Positions 1-8,741 of a DNA stretch of 64,000 nt are shown here, one piece after another (positions within the stretch are counted from its first letter, which is position 1; every line of letters begins with the position of its first letter). The notes beneath the pieces are model-generated. The model was not told where the DNA came from. It was given only the letters and a program-made list of their open reading frames with translations, and searched no databases. The translations under genes and the position numbers were made by a program. This DNA is from an uncultured virus (IMG/VR IMGVR_UViG_3300042349_000638) (lineage: Duplodnaviria > Heunggongvirae > Uroviricota > Caudoviricetes). The stretch lies in IMG/VR virus record IMGVR_UViG_3300042349_000638. One strand, written 5' to 3'.

Positions 1-1672
1 CCTTTTCATAGTCAACAGTACCTGCAGATCTAACAAGAATCGGTGTTTTTGCGATAGACGTTGTTCCCACGCCAGAAATTACTGGAGATGGTTTAACAAT
101 TGAGATTGTTCCCGTTTTAAGATCTGAGTTTGGAGTATCTGTAAAGTAAACTGTATCTGGATCACCACTAATAGTAAAACCAGTAGATTTGATATTATAA
201 CCAGATGATTTTACGTGAAACTGATTACCGTAACAAATTTCATATTGAGTTGGAGTATTAAGTTTTACTTTTAAATCTCTTCTGATTCTAACTTTAGTAA
301 TGTTAGATGTAATAGCAGAATCAGTATTATCAATGACTTGCAAGACTTTACTATACTTAAATCTTCCACCAAAAGCATTTAGGTTTGGTGATTTTGCATA
401 AGTTGTAAGAGAATTCTTAACATTGGTTTTTAAATCCTCTACGGTAGAAACTTGTGCATAGTTATAATAAATGGATGAATCAATTTCAACATAAAGAACT
501 TGAAGATCGATGATTTCTGGTTCAATGCCAGCAATTGTATATTGTTTTAGTTTATTTTTAATTTGCTGCTTGTCAAAATCTGATACGTATGTCCCATTCT
601 TAGGTTTAATACTAATTAAAACTTTTCCAAATCGTGGCGGAGTTAATTCTTCACCACCAATTACAGAGACTGACTCAGTATCTGGATAAACTTTTGATTT
701 GATAATTGCCTCATAATCTCTTCCAGTTACTGCCCGATACTGTGATGAATATATTCTTGGTGCAAAATACTTAATTGAATCTAGACTTTCAATATCGGAA
801 CCATTTTGTGATTTTTGATTTGTTGTAACTGTAATGGTGTTTGTTGGAACAATGGTATTATCACTCGAATCTTTCAGTGTTCCTGCAAAAGAAAAGTCGC
901 TGGCACCGTTACCATCTTTGCCATCAGTAACAATATAACTTACTGTAATAATTGACCCATTTTCAAGTTTTTTACCAAATCTACCATCACCAAAGAAAAT
1001 TTGATATTTTTCGTCTTGAACTTCTTGTAATAAGAAAATTTCTGAATTTGAATCAATATCAAAAATATTTTCTACAAGATTATATTGTCTGCCCAGTCCA
1101 CTATCACTCGTTCCTTTTACATAAACAACAATTGTTGAAGAATCTATAAAGGAGTTATCCAATATAAACTTTTGATCTAATGATCCATCAACAGTAAATT
1201 GCTTCTTAAGAAATGTTCCTTCTTTAACCTGAATATTATTAAAAGATGCTGTTCCATTTACAACAGTCGCAGAGACATTTTGTGGTGATGAAAAGACATA
1301 TGAAGTTCCATTCGCTGTACCAACGCACACCAGACCCGCCTGTAAGGTCAATGTAGATGTGCTTGCTGATGTACTAACATTAAAAGATATAGACGCTGTA
1401 GAGGCGGTTCTAGAGCGTGGTACATATCCAATGTTTCTTGCGAGAGAAACAACATTTTCTCTTACGGTTGCTGAATCTAAGAAAGATTCGTTGACAACCA
1501 AGTTTGAGTTAAAAGCAGTAATATATGTGTTATACGCTAACGTGTCAATCAGAACAGAAAAATTAGACCCATCAAAGTCAAAATCCGTAAACGTAGAGTT
1601 TGCACGGAGATAATCTTTGATGGATGTCTTAATCTGATCAAAATCTAGATTGGTAAATTTAGTAAAAGGCAT
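1..1672 (-). CDS. gp6: T4-like baseplate wedge subunit gp6 (3' end outside window)
   Basis: Manual translation from ATG at 1672 gives MPFTKFTNLDFDQIKTSIKDYLRANSTFTDFDFDGSNFSVLIDTLAYNTY...SATVRENVVSLARNIGYVPRS, the gp6 N-terminus, and later FAPRIYSSQYRAVT; adjacent to gp25. Confidence 0.92.
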   Translation of the reverse strand, partial: MPFTKFTNLDFDQIKTSIKDYLRANSTFTDFDFDGSNFSVLIDTLAYNTYITAFNSNLVVNESFLDSATVRENVVSLARNIGYVPRSRTASTASISFNVSTSASTSTLTLQAGLVCVGTANGTSYVFSSPQNVSATVVNGTASFNNIQVKEGTFLKKQFTVDGSLDQKFILDNSFIDSSTIVVYVKGTSDSGLGRQYNLVENIFDIDSNSEIFLLQEVQDEKYQIFFGDGRFGKKLENGSIITVSYIVTDGKDGNGASDFSFAGTLKDSSDNTIVPTNTITVTTNQKSQNGSDIESLDSIKYFAPRIYSSQYRAVTGRDYEAIIKSKVYPDTESVSVIGGEELTPPRFGKVLISIKPKNGTYVSDFDKQQIKNKLKQYTIAGIEPEIIDLQVLYVEIDSSIYYNYAQVSTVEDLKTNVKNSLTTYAKSPNLNAFGGRFKYSKVLQVIDNTDSAITSNITKVRIRRDLKVKLNTPTQYEICYGNQFHVKSSGYNIKSTGFTISGDPDTVYFTDTPNSDLKTGTISIVKPSPVISGVGTTSIAKTPILVRSAGTVDYEK

Positions 1673-1673
1673 T

Positions 1674-2075
1674 TTATCTTGCTGCCTCTAAAATGAACGA
1701 ATAGTCTTGTGTGGGAAGTTCTTGTCCAATAATGTCATAAACAACAGTCACATCAAATTGATTTAAATCTGGAAGAGGATTAACATCAACTGAAACATTA
1801 TTAACTCTTGGTTCAAAATTTGAAATTGTGTTCTCAATTTGATCTTTAATCAATGAAGCAGTACCATAATCTACAAAATCAAATAAACTTGAACGAACGT
1901 TTGATCCAAGAAGTGAATTAAAGAATCTTTCTGTTGGAATTGTTTCAACTAAGTTACGAATTGAACGCATAATTGCACGTTCATTTTTCAAAACAGCAAG
2001 ATCCTTTGTCACCGGATGAGGTTCAAAGGATAAACTAATATCTTTAAACGATCTAGATATCCTTGTAACAGACAT
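1674..2075 (-). CDS. gp25: T4-like baseplate wedge subunit gp25
   Basis: FKDISLSF.PHPVT.DL...NERAI.RSIRNLV.T...ERFF...LGS and FEPRV motifs; next to gp6. Confidence 0.92.
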   Translation of the reverse strand: MSVTRISRSFKDISLSFEPHPVTKDLAVLKNERAIMRSIRNLVETIPTERFFNSLLGSNVRSSLFDFVDYGTASLIKDQIENTISNFEPRVNNVSVDVNPLPDLNQFDVTVVYDIIGQELPTQDYSFILEAAR

Positions 2076-2087
2076 GGGACATAAAAT

Positions 2088-2103
2088 TTCTTTATTTATT
2101 TAT
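2088..2103 (-). promoter_or_regulatory. T4-like late promoter (ATAAATA) for gp25/gp6
   Basis: Minus strand reads CATAAATAAATAAAG just upstream of gp25. Confidence 0.6.
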
Positions 2104-2348
2104 GTTGATTTCCAGGAAGAACCATAGGTTGGTTCAGTTCCATAATCCCAATCATCATAATCTTCATCATTTCTAATTTTTTCATGCAACTCGACTTGTT
2201 TTCTGAAGTCATGTTTTGGTGCTCTGTCATGCATTACTTCCTGAATGACTCTTTTTTTGGGTGCATTGTCATAATCAGTGATTAGTTGGTTTGTGCCCCA
2301 CATTTCATACATGTAGTCTTTGTCCCTATCTACTGGTAAATTAGACAT
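2100..2348 (-). CDS. Conserved cyanophage hypothetical protein
   Basis: ORF track; typical position beside gp25. Confidence 0.7.
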   Translation of the reverse strand: MSNLPVDRDKDYMYEMWGTNQLITDYDNAPKKRVIQEVMHDRAPKHDFRKQVELHEKIRNDEDYDDWDYGTEPTYGSSWKST

Positions 2349-2385
2349 TTTAGCTCCTGTTTTAAAAATAAAACAGAACTTTTAT

Positions 2386-2407
2386 AAAGGAGGTTGCTAT
2401 CTCCTTA
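2386..2407 (-). terminator. Probable intrinsic terminator after speD
   Basis: AAAGGAGGT-TGCT-ATCTCCTT inverted repeat with short T-run on minus strand. Confidence 0.5.
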
Positions 2408-2414
2408 TTTCTAT

Positions 2415-2756
2415 TTAACGTTCGACTTCCCGAAGAGAATAATTATCTGAATCCAGATATTTGAGAATTTCTAGAGCGATTAAGCGTGGGTTTCCTTCGC
2501 CACAAGTGTACACATCGACTGCCAAACACCCATTTTCTGGCCAAGTATGACAAGAAACATGACTTTCTGCTAACGCAATCACGACTGTACACCCTTGTGG
2601 GAGAAAACAATGCGAAAAAGTGTTCAAGATTGTCATCTTTGCACGTTCAATTCCCTTAATCATGACGTTCTGTAGAGATTCTACGTCATTGATTAAGTCA
2701 AACTGAACATCATACACCTCTAAAAGTAGGTGTTTCCCCATTGAAATCTTTTTCAA
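2415..2756 (-). CDS. speD: S-adenosylmethionine decarboxylase proenzyme (start probably at MGKH)
   Basis: GKHLLLE...F.PQG.T.VIALAESHVSCHTWPE.G.LAVDVYTCG signature including the E/SH self-cleavage site. Confidence 0.93.
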   Translation of the reverse strand: MKKISMGKHLLLEVYDVQFDLINDVESLQNVMIKGIERAKMTILNTFSHCFLPQGCTVVIALAESHVSCHTWPENGCLAVDVYTCGEGNPRLIALEILKYLDSDNYSLREVER

Positions 2757-2779
2757 CTCAATTTTTAGTAAAAATTTAT

Positions 2780-3370
2780 TTATTCCACATAAAAACCCTT
2801 GCGTAGATAATCAGAGTCTTCAATAAATCTCATATTTTCAACTTTTTCATCATCCCAAACTGGAATCGCAACTGAATTATCATAGCGAAAGTCTGGATTT
2901 CGACGAAAATGAACTTCGATTAACTGATTACCAATAAATTCACAATTAATCCAGTCATAATCACCCTTCAAGTTCTTTAATACATCAGGGAAAACGATTT
3001 TTCTATCGATCTTTTCCCATCTCTTCCACTTATAATAAGGATCCTCTTGGTCACGAGTGCCTAATACAACGAGTTCTGAGGTCTGATGATAAAAATCAAC
3101 ACTCAAATGCTCACCTTCAAAGATCTCACACCAAAATTCGCCAGGATGAAATGTACAGGTGTACTTTTCAATCCATTCTTTACGAGCAAACCGCCCCATT
3201 CCCAAAATATTAACCATCGGACGCACAATATAAAAGTCGGGTTGAGGAACTGTAGTCCCAACAGGACCACATTTATACCCCAAAACCCGACTTAGAAATA
3301 ATTTATTATAGATCCAAAGGTCTTCAGAATGAATATGATTCCATTCTTCATCACCTTCGATTAGATACAT
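2780..3370 (-). CDS. Conserved cyanophage protein, possibly ATP-grasp-like
   Basis: YIVRP..N..GMG, FWCE.FEGEHLSVD, INCEFIG..LIEVH.R.NPDF. Confidence 0.6.
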   Translation of the reverse strand: MYLIEGDEEWNHIHSEDLWIYNKLFLSRVLGYKCGPVGTTVPQPDFYIVRPMVNILGMGRFARKEWIEKYTCTFHPGEFWCEIFEGEHLSVDFYHQTSELVVLGTRDQEDPYYKWKRWEKIDRKIVFPDVLKNLKGDYDWINCEFIGNQLIEVHFRRNPDFRYDNSVAIPVWDDEKVENMRFIEDSDYLRKGFYVE

Positions 3371-3525
3371 TAACCTTTACCTTGTCCGCGATACTTTTTA
3401 CGTGCTACGTTACGAGAAGACGCAGCATATTTAGTTCCATTACCACATCCCTGACGAGACTTTTTAGGAGGACCTGGATTATAAGAACTATTCTTATTCA
3501 ATCCAACTTTTGATTTTGCAGCCAT
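3370..3525 (-). CDS. Small basic hypothetical protein (51 aa)
   Basis: Manual translation MAAKSKVG...PKKSRQGCG...ARKKYRGQGKG; stop overlaps next start. Confidence 0.65.
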   Translation of the reverse strand: MAAKSKVGLNKNSSYNPGPPKKSRQGCGNGTKYAASSRNVARKKYRGQGKG

Positions 3526-3692
3526 GTTGTATTCTCCAATAAAATTTCAGTTTCAAGATCTTCAGGTTGTGGAGAACCTGTCCGATAATACTCAATCGAC
3601 AGGTCCTCCATTATATTGAAATATTCTTCCTCTGTGAGCGACGTATAAATTCTGCGCCCTTTACAAAGAATATTGTAACATTCGTTAGACAT
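3498..3692 (-). CDS. Hypothetical protein (MSNECYNILCKGRRIY...)
   Basis: ORF track with downstream ATG; coupled in operon. Confidence 0.65.
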   Translation of the reverse strand: MSNECYNILCKGRRIYTSLTEEEYFNIMEDLSIEYYRTGSPQPEDLETEILLENTTWLQNQKLD

Positions 3693-3696
3693 TCTA

Positions 3697-4455
3697 TCAA
3701 ATGATTCTTGACTTCTCGTGCCCGACTCTAATACGAGGATCGCACCAGATTTCAAATCCTGCTTCTTTAGCATCTAAACAGAACGATACATCTTCACCAC
3801 ACATGTCTTGAACCTCACCAGACTCAAAGACTTGCATCTTTGGCGCAAACCAAGGATATTTCATTTCTGAATTTTCAAAAACACCATGCTTAATTAGAAG
3901 CCAACCAAAACCTGTATAATCAACAGTAAATGGTTTACGACGCTTTGAGATACTTTCAACAGTTTCATGATTCATCACTCCACCATTATTTCTGAAATCA
4001 TCTTCTTCTAACCAATGAGCAACTGATGTCGTGTGCCCGTCTTCAGTTGCATACCAACCAGCAGCAATGTCTTTATCCATTAGAATCAATTGCCAAAACT
4101 TTTCAGTATTGAAAACGATGTCTGAATCAATCCAAAGTTGCCAATCATACTTAAGTTTGCCGTCCCAAGGAATCTGGTCAGGTCCACGCAGTACATTCGC
4201 ACCTAAACATTTGCATCTTGCAAAGTTTACCATGGATGAATAGTCTTGCGAGATTTGAATACTTGCACCTGATTGTACAAGATCAAAACAAAGTTGTACA
4301 AAGTTTTTGAGATAGGTATAAGAAACACCTCTGCCAGGTAAGCAGAATACGATTGATTTTCCCCGCACCATTTCTTTTGCCAGATCAAAGTCCCATTCTG
4401 GTGCATTTGAATCGGTCACTGGCGATTTTGCTTTTACTGTAAATCCTTTAGCCAT
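3697..4455 (-). CDS. Conserved cyanophage glycosyltransferase-like (GT-A) protein
   Basis: WIDSD (DxD), TGFGWLLIK.GVFE, GEDVSFC...GFEIWCDP.IRVGHEK. Confidence 0.75.
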   Translation of the reverse strand: MAKGFTVKAKSPVTDSNAPEWDFDLAKEMVRGKSIVFCLPGRGVSYTYLKNFVQLCFDLVQSGASIQISQDYSSMVNFARCKCLGANVLRGPDQIPWDGKLKYDWQLWIDSDIVFNTEKFWQLILMDKDIAAGWYATEDGHTTSVAHWLEEDDFRNNGGVMNHETVESISKRRKPFTVDYTGFGWLLIKHGVFENSEMKYPWFAPKMQVFESGEVQDMCGEDVSFCLDAKEAGFEIWCDPRIRVGHEKSRII

Positions 4456-4502
4456 AAGATAAGTTGTTTACTTCAGTATCATACTCTATTATGTATTACC
4501 TG

Positions 4503-4703
4503 TCAATCAACTCTTTCTGACAGAATAACTTCATTGCCCTCTACATGTATTTGAATTTCTGTATCCTCGTACCAAGAAAGATCATTGATAACTTGCTCAG
4601 GTATAATCAAATAATAATCGCCCGAAATTGGATCGACCTGTAGAGACTCAAAAATATCACCGGAATTTTTTTTCATTTCTGTATTATCATTGACCTTTTT
4701 CAA
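4503..4703 (-). CDS. AbrB/SpoVT-like small DNA-binding protein
   Basis: GDYYLIIPEQVINDLSWYEDTEIQIHVEGNEVILS swapped-hairpin pattern. Confidence 0.6.
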   Translation of the reverse strand: MKKVNDNTEMKKNSGDIFESLQVDPISGDYYLIIPEQVINDLSWYEDTEIQIHVEGNEVILSERVD

Positions 4704-4894
4704 ATTTATATATTCTTCCGGGATTTTTGAATCAGGGAGATATTTAGAGGTCGATCTGGGTCGTTTATAGCTTAGGGTAGTGGTGCGTTTTTATAACACG
4801 GGGGCGCCCCCGATCGGGCGCGGCGGCGGGGCACTGTCGATCACGAACGAACGAACTGCCCCCCACGAACGAACGCAGGGGGCAGGGGATGGGG

Positions 4895-5104
4895 TCACCG
4901 CAGGGCAGGCGACCCGTTGCGGATGTGGCGGTTGGCGTGACCCGCAGCAACAGAAGGGCGCCACGCGGTGCCACCACCACCAACACGGTTAGCAGTCGCT
5001 TCGCCCTTACGGGGACCACGACGGGGCAGACGGGTCAGGCGCATGGCACCCGATGCGATGGCAGCATTCAGTTCGGCGGCGGTCATCACGGTGGGGGTGT
5101 TCAT
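4895..5104 (-). CDS. Small basic hypothetical protein of the GC-rich island
   Basis: ATG at 5104, downstream of a canonical promoter. Confidence 0.6.
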   Translation of the reverse strand: MNTPTVMTAAELNAAIASGAMRLTRLPRRGPRKGEATANRVGGGGTAWRPSVAAGHANRHIRNGSPALR

Positions 5105-5125
5105 CGGGTGGGTTGCGGTTGAGAG

Positions 5126-5155
5126 AATTCTACAGGGTCGGCGGCAGGGGGTCAA
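5126..5155 (-). promoter_or_regulatory. Sigma70-type early promoter
   Basis: TTGACC-17 nt-TAGAAT on minus strand. Confidence 0.7.
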
Positions 5156-5328
5156 CCCCACTGCGCCTGCCGAACGTCGGCGGCGTGTACTTCGGCGAAC
5201 TGGGCAGCGTACACGGTGGCGGGGATGCCCCATTCAGTCGTCAGGCGGTTAAAGGGGGTGTCGTCATTCTTACGGGCAACCCACACGGTCTGGCGATCAT
5301 GCAGGCGGGTGGCGGGAGAAAGAATCAT
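5152..5328 (-). CDS. Small hypothetical protein (58 aa)
   Basis: Manual translation MILSPATRLHDRQ...; preceded by TACAAT and the shared CTCAGTTCA leader. Confidence 0.55.
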   Translation of the reverse strand: MILSPATRLHDRQTVWVARKNDDTPFNRLTTEWGIPATVYAAQFAEVHAADVRQAQWG

Positions 5329-5376
5329 CGGTCGGTGTCGGTTGAACTGAGAGTATTGTAGCAGATCAGCGGGGGG

Positions 5377-5538
5377 TCAGCGCCCCTCAGTGTAGTCTCC
5401 GATGATCACCCCGTTGCAGCGGACCTGGGCGTAGCCGTACTCCTCAGAGAGGTCCAGGCAGAGGTCCCATGCGCGGTCGGCATCGGTGGTAGTGTTCTCC
5501 CAGGGAGCGGAGGGGCAGATCACGTCGTAGCGGGTCAT
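5377..5538 (-). CDS. Small hypothetical protein (53 aa)
   Basis: Manual translation MTRYDVICPSAPWEN...WDLCLDLSEEYGYAQV; own promoter cassette. Confidence 0.6.
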   Translation of the reverse strand: MTRYDVICPSAPWENTTTDADRAWDLCLDLSEEYGYAQVRCNGVIIGDYTEGR

Positions 5539-5605
5539 CAGGTGTCGTTTGAACTGAGATCAGTATAAGGGGTCGGTGGGGGCGTCTGCGCCCCCCTTGT
5601 GCCAA

Positions 5606-5815
5606 TCAGAGAACCGTCAGCGCCTGAACCTCCACCGCGCTGTAGACGGGCTCATCAGGGCAGCCATACTCTGCCTCCGTCATGGCGCGGAGTTCGGATG
5701 CCAGGCGGTCAGCATCGGCAGGGTCAGCGTAGAGGGTGTGCAGCACCAACTCAGAGTCGTAGTAGTCGGTGCCCATCGTGAACACACCGTAGACGGTGGC
5801 GGTGGCGGTGGTCAT
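5606..5815 (-). CDS. Small hypothetical protein
   Basis: ORF track; own promoter cassette; stop lies inside next palindrome. Confidence 0.6.
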   Translation of the reverse strand: MTTATATVYGVFTMGTDYYDSELVLHTLYADPADADRLASELRAMTEAEYGCPDEPVYSAVEVQALTVL

Positions 5816-5905
5816 CGGGTTGCCTTGTGAACTGAAAGTATTGTAGGGGGCAAAGGGGAGGGAGGAACCCTCCGCTGTGCCACCTATCGAAGTGGCACAG
5901 TATGA

Positions 5906-6040
5906 TCAGAAGTCGATAGGGTCTGAAGTAGGTTCGGCGTTGCTGATACTATCATCGGAGGCGATTGTTTCCAGGATCTGGAGAATGCTGTCGCCGTCGT
6001 TGCCAGAACGCAGCAGGGAGATAGCAAGGTCGCGAGTCAT
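5906..6040 (-). CDS. Small hypothetical protein (MTRDLAISLL...)
   Basis: Internal ATG of track ORF 5906-6094. Confidence 0.55.
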   Translation of the reverse strand: MTRDLAISLLRSGNDGDSILQILETIASDDSISNAEPTSDPIDF

Positions 6041-6099
6041 TTGTAATTTGAAAGTGTACGGTTTGCGGCAGTCTTTAGGGCGCTGCCGTTCCAATTGGT

Positions 6100-6360
6100 T
6101 TAGAAATCGAACACGTCGCCGTTAATCTCAGCGCGGTTGATCTTAGGGTCGTTCCACTTCACACCATCAGGAGTCTCTTTAGTGCCGAATTCATAGAATG
6201 CCTCCAGCAAATCTTCATAGCAGGCGATTTCATTCTCCTGAATGAAGTTGTAAATGCTCTCATCATTCTCAATCCAGAGCACAACATTCCAGGTCTCATA
6301 ATTAGTCCAACCGTTATAGGTGCGGTCAGTCAGGTTGGTCTGGTAGGTTGCGGTTGCCAT
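6100..6360 (-). CDS. Conserved phage protein of the YNGWTNYETW family
   Basis: YNGWTNYETWNV.LWI.ND...TPDGV.W motif. Confidence 0.75.
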   Translation of the reverse strand: MATATYQTNLTDRTYNGWTNYETWNVVLWIENDESIYNFIQENEIACYEDLLEAFYEFGTKETPDGVKWNDPKINRAEINGDVFDF

Positions 6361-6398
6361 CGGGTTCGCTTGTGAACTGAGAGTATTGTAGGGTGTGC

Positions 6399-6617
6399 TC
6401 AGGGCATCTGGCGTTGCAGGTATGCCAGTTGCTCAACTGCCCCACGGTCCCAGGAACTGAAATGGGTCACCGCTTCCAGGATACGTTGAGCATCATAGGG
6501 CACCTGATCACAGTCATCGTAGACGCTGAGCAGTTCATCCATACGGTCCGCTGCCAGCTTCTGAATGATGGCGTAGGTCTCCTCACTCATCACAACCGTC
6601 ATCATGGGAGTGCTCAT
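6399..6617 (-). CDS. Small hypothetical protein
   Basis: ORF track; promoter cassette upstream. Confidence 0.55.
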   Translation of the reverse strand: MSTPMMTVVMSEETYAIIQKLAADRMDELLSVYDDCDQVPYDAQRILEAVTHFSSWDRGAVEQLAYLQRQMP

Positions 6618-6650
6618 CGGTGTCGTTTGAACTGAGAGTATTGTAGCGGG

Positions 6651-6815
6651 TCAGTGGGCGATCAGGTCGGCAGCGGTGTCCAGTGCCTGAGCTGTCACAT
6701 TGCGGATGGGGCGTAGCGGTTCCCAGAATCCCCAGAGCAGCAGAGCGGTGACCAGGAGGCGCAGCATCGTGGCGCGGTGAAATTCGGGGGAGCGTGAGCG
6801 GGTTAGGGTTCTCAT
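6651..6815 (-). CDS. Small membrane protein (54 aa)
   Basis: Manual translation MRTLTRSRSPEFHRATMLRLLVTALLLWGFW... Confidence 0.5.
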   Translation of the reverse strand: MRTLTRSRSPEFHRATMLRLLVTALLLWGFWEPLRPIRNVTAQALDTAADLIAH

Positions 6816-6961
6816 CAGGGTGCCAGGTGAGCGGGGGAACCACAGGAGCGATAGAAGTCTACCATACGCATCGCCTCCTCATAGGTGCTGAACCATTGCG
6901 ACCGCCACTCACAAGCATTGTAGGGGGTCTGGTAGCGAACTTCGTAGCGGGTCAGTGCCAT
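6815..6961 (-). CDS. Small hypothetical protein (48 aa)
   Basis: Manual translation MALTRYEVRYQTPYNACEWRSQWFSTYEEAMRMVDFYRSCGSPA. Confidence 0.6.
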   Translation of the reverse strand: MALTRYEVRYQTPYNACEWRSQWFSTYEEAMRMVDFYRSCGSPAHLAP

Positions 6962-7085
6962 GGGGTTGGTTGCTGATGAGATCAGTATAAGGGGTCAGCA
7001 GGGGGCATCAGAGGGGGCAGGGTGACAGTTCAGGAAGTGGCACAGGATGCCTGGTCTGGGGTGCTCTGGGCTCTATGATAGGTTC

Positions 7086-7140
7086 ACAAGGGAGAGAGGG
7101 GCAGGGTCGCCCTGATGACGCAAACGGTCGCCACTGGGGC
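7086..7140 (+). ncRNA. Candidate small RNA, copy 1
   Basis: Plus-strand TATGAT 30 bp after palindrome 7022; sequence similar to 9684-9735; no ORF. Confidence 0.4.
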
Positions 7141-7167
7141 AGCTTTGAAATAGTAGGATAAAAAGTA

Positions 7168-7197
7168 TAAAAAAGGGAGGCAACTTGTGCCCCCCTT
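7168..7197 (-). terminator. Intrinsic terminator
   Basis: A6-GGGAGGCA...TGCCCCCTT hairpin giving a U-tract on minus strand. Confidence 0.6.
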
Positions 7198-7201
7198 AAG
7201 T

Positions 7202-7519
7202 TCAATTCAAACGCATTCCAGAGAAGAAAGGAATCGTGCCGAATTGTGCAGAGTGAAAGAACCATTGAAAGTTCTTCTGAAATACACTCTCATCACCAAT
7301 TCCGTGCTCGCGCAGAATAGCATTCAAACGGGATTTGGTGGTGGTGGATCGTTTCCCACCATCGAACAATTCGATCCAGGTTTCGCCAATTCGGGCGATC
7401 AGATTACCGTGCAGAAAGACATCAGTAACGTTAGAACATGCAACCACTTCAGTGTTATCAAGTTTGAAGTCTTTGCCTGCAGTGATAGCAGCATTCATCA
7501 GGCGTTCGATCTTACGCAT
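7202..7519 (-). CDS. Conserved phage protein of the TTKSRLNA family
   Basis: MRKIE...VFLHGNLIA...TTKSRLNA...VFQKNF.WF. Confidence 0.75.
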   Translation of the reverse strand: MRKIERLMNAAITAGKDFKLDNTEVVACSNVTDVFLHGNLIARIGETWIELFDGGKRSTTTKSRLNAILREHGIGDESVFQKNFQWFFHSAQFGTIPFFSGMRLN

Positions 7520-7592
7520 GGGGGGTCTCCCTCTCAACAAACGTAGTATGGCACGGGCAGGGGGTCAGCACAAGGGGTCTTGTGCCACTTGT

Positions 7593-8498
7593 TCATCTGG
7601 CACACTGAAAGCGCCCAGCGTTGAAATTGTGATAAGAAAAGACCTCACGATTCACCAGTTTAAACATACCAAACTCATTGGTCATCACATAACCTTCGGC
7701 ATCAATTCGGTTGCCGTTGATATAAGCGGCAGGACCATCATTGCGGCAGAGGAACAAACAATCATCCTTGATAGATTTAACCAGTGCCCACAATCCAAGC
7801 AGGTTAGGGTCACAATCAAACTCATTCACATTCTCCACAGTAACCTGCTCACCAGCACGAATGAAAGCGTTAAGTTGCTTCTTAATGTCTGCTGCTTTCT
7901 TATCAGTCACGAACCGAACAGCAGTAGACATCTGACGGGCGAACTTTACCACTTCCTCAACATCAGCAAAGGATTCCTGATTGTGAAGGATGTATGCTTT
8001 AGGTTGAACGAATCGAACGTGAGCAGTAGACTCCAGGCGAATGTTCAGCGGTTCGGCAACAGCATCGCGCAGGTCATTCTCAGCACGGTAGAGTGTATGA
8101 GGAGCAACAATGATGCTCTCAGAAACTACCTCTGGGAACTGATAGGTGATTGTGTTTGGAGTGTATTCGTTACATCCACCAAACCCGATAAAATCACCTT
8201 GGATGATAGAATCGACCCGAGGCAGAGAATCCAGGCAGCAGTGAAGAATTTGTGCAACATTACCCTCATGGTTTGTATCAATGTCCTCGTGAGATTCGTT
8301 GATCTTAATCTTCTTTTTGTTGAACACACTTTTAGTGCCAACGAAGAAGTTTCCAGTGGCAGGATTCGTGCCCCAAACAATAGCAGGCGCACCGTCAATC
8401 TTAACACTCAGGGCGCCAGGATTCACGAACCAATCCAGAACAGAAAGGTCACCCGTGAGAATGGTATCTTCGGGGTGCTCAAGGTGTGTGTTTTTCAT
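7593..8498 (-). CDS. Conserved cyanophage protein with ligase-like nucleotidyltransferase motifs
   Basis: NTHLEHPED, SVKIDGAPA (KxDG), QGDF, EGYV, FKLV. Confidence 0.7.
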   Translation of the reverse strand: MKNTHLEHPEDTILTGDLSVLDWFVNPGALSVKIDGAPAIVWGTNPATGNFFVGTKSVFNKKKIKINESHEDIDTNHEGNVAQILHCCLDSLPRVDSIIQGDFIGFGGCNEYTPNTITYQFPEVVSESIIVAPHTLYRAENDLRDAVAEPLNIRLESTAHVRFVQPKAYILHNQESFADVEEVVKFARQMSTAVRFVTDKKAADIKKQLNAFIRAGEQVTVENVNEFDCDPNLLGLWALVKSIKDDCLFLCRNDGPAAYINGNRIDAEGYVMTNEFGMFKLVNREVFSYHNFNAGRFQCAR

Positions 8499-8549
8499 GA
8501 GACTATTGTAAGGGGTCAGCGGTGCCTCTGGGGGGGTTCAGTGTGCCAC

Positions 8550-8741
8550 TTAGTCTACTGTCACATCCTCCAGCAGTTCGGGATTGTATTCTGTAACCTC
8601 TTTAATCAGTTCGGCATCATCATAGGACTCAAGATTTGAAACCAAAGTATCATAAGCGAACGAAACCAAAGTATCCACATCCATCCCCTCTACGATGAGA
8701 GAGGCATAATCTTCGATGAGTTGTTCGCGGTTGATTGTCAT
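8550..8741 (-). CDS. Small acidic hypothetical protein
   Basis: ORF track; stop inside palindrome 8543. Confidence 0.6.
   Translation of the reverse strand: MTINREQLIEDYASLIVEGMDVDTLVSFAYDTLVSNLESYDDAELIKEVTEYNPELLEDVTVD

Noticed and set aside
7105..7135. Hammerhead ribozyme suggested by CTGATGA
   Set aside because: No GAAA core after a stem II, and the related copy reads CTGCTGA
4795..7200. Host or contaminant DNA explaining the GC-rich island
   Set aside because: It carries the same palindrome cassettes and phage ORF families as the rest of the window, and no HIP1 GCGATCGC octamer was seen
7335..8639. 434-aa plus-strand ORF (likewise 17185-17856, 23517-24068, 42100-42828 and other plus ORFs)
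   Set aside because: Antisense shadows of recognisable minus-strand genes with no motifs of their own
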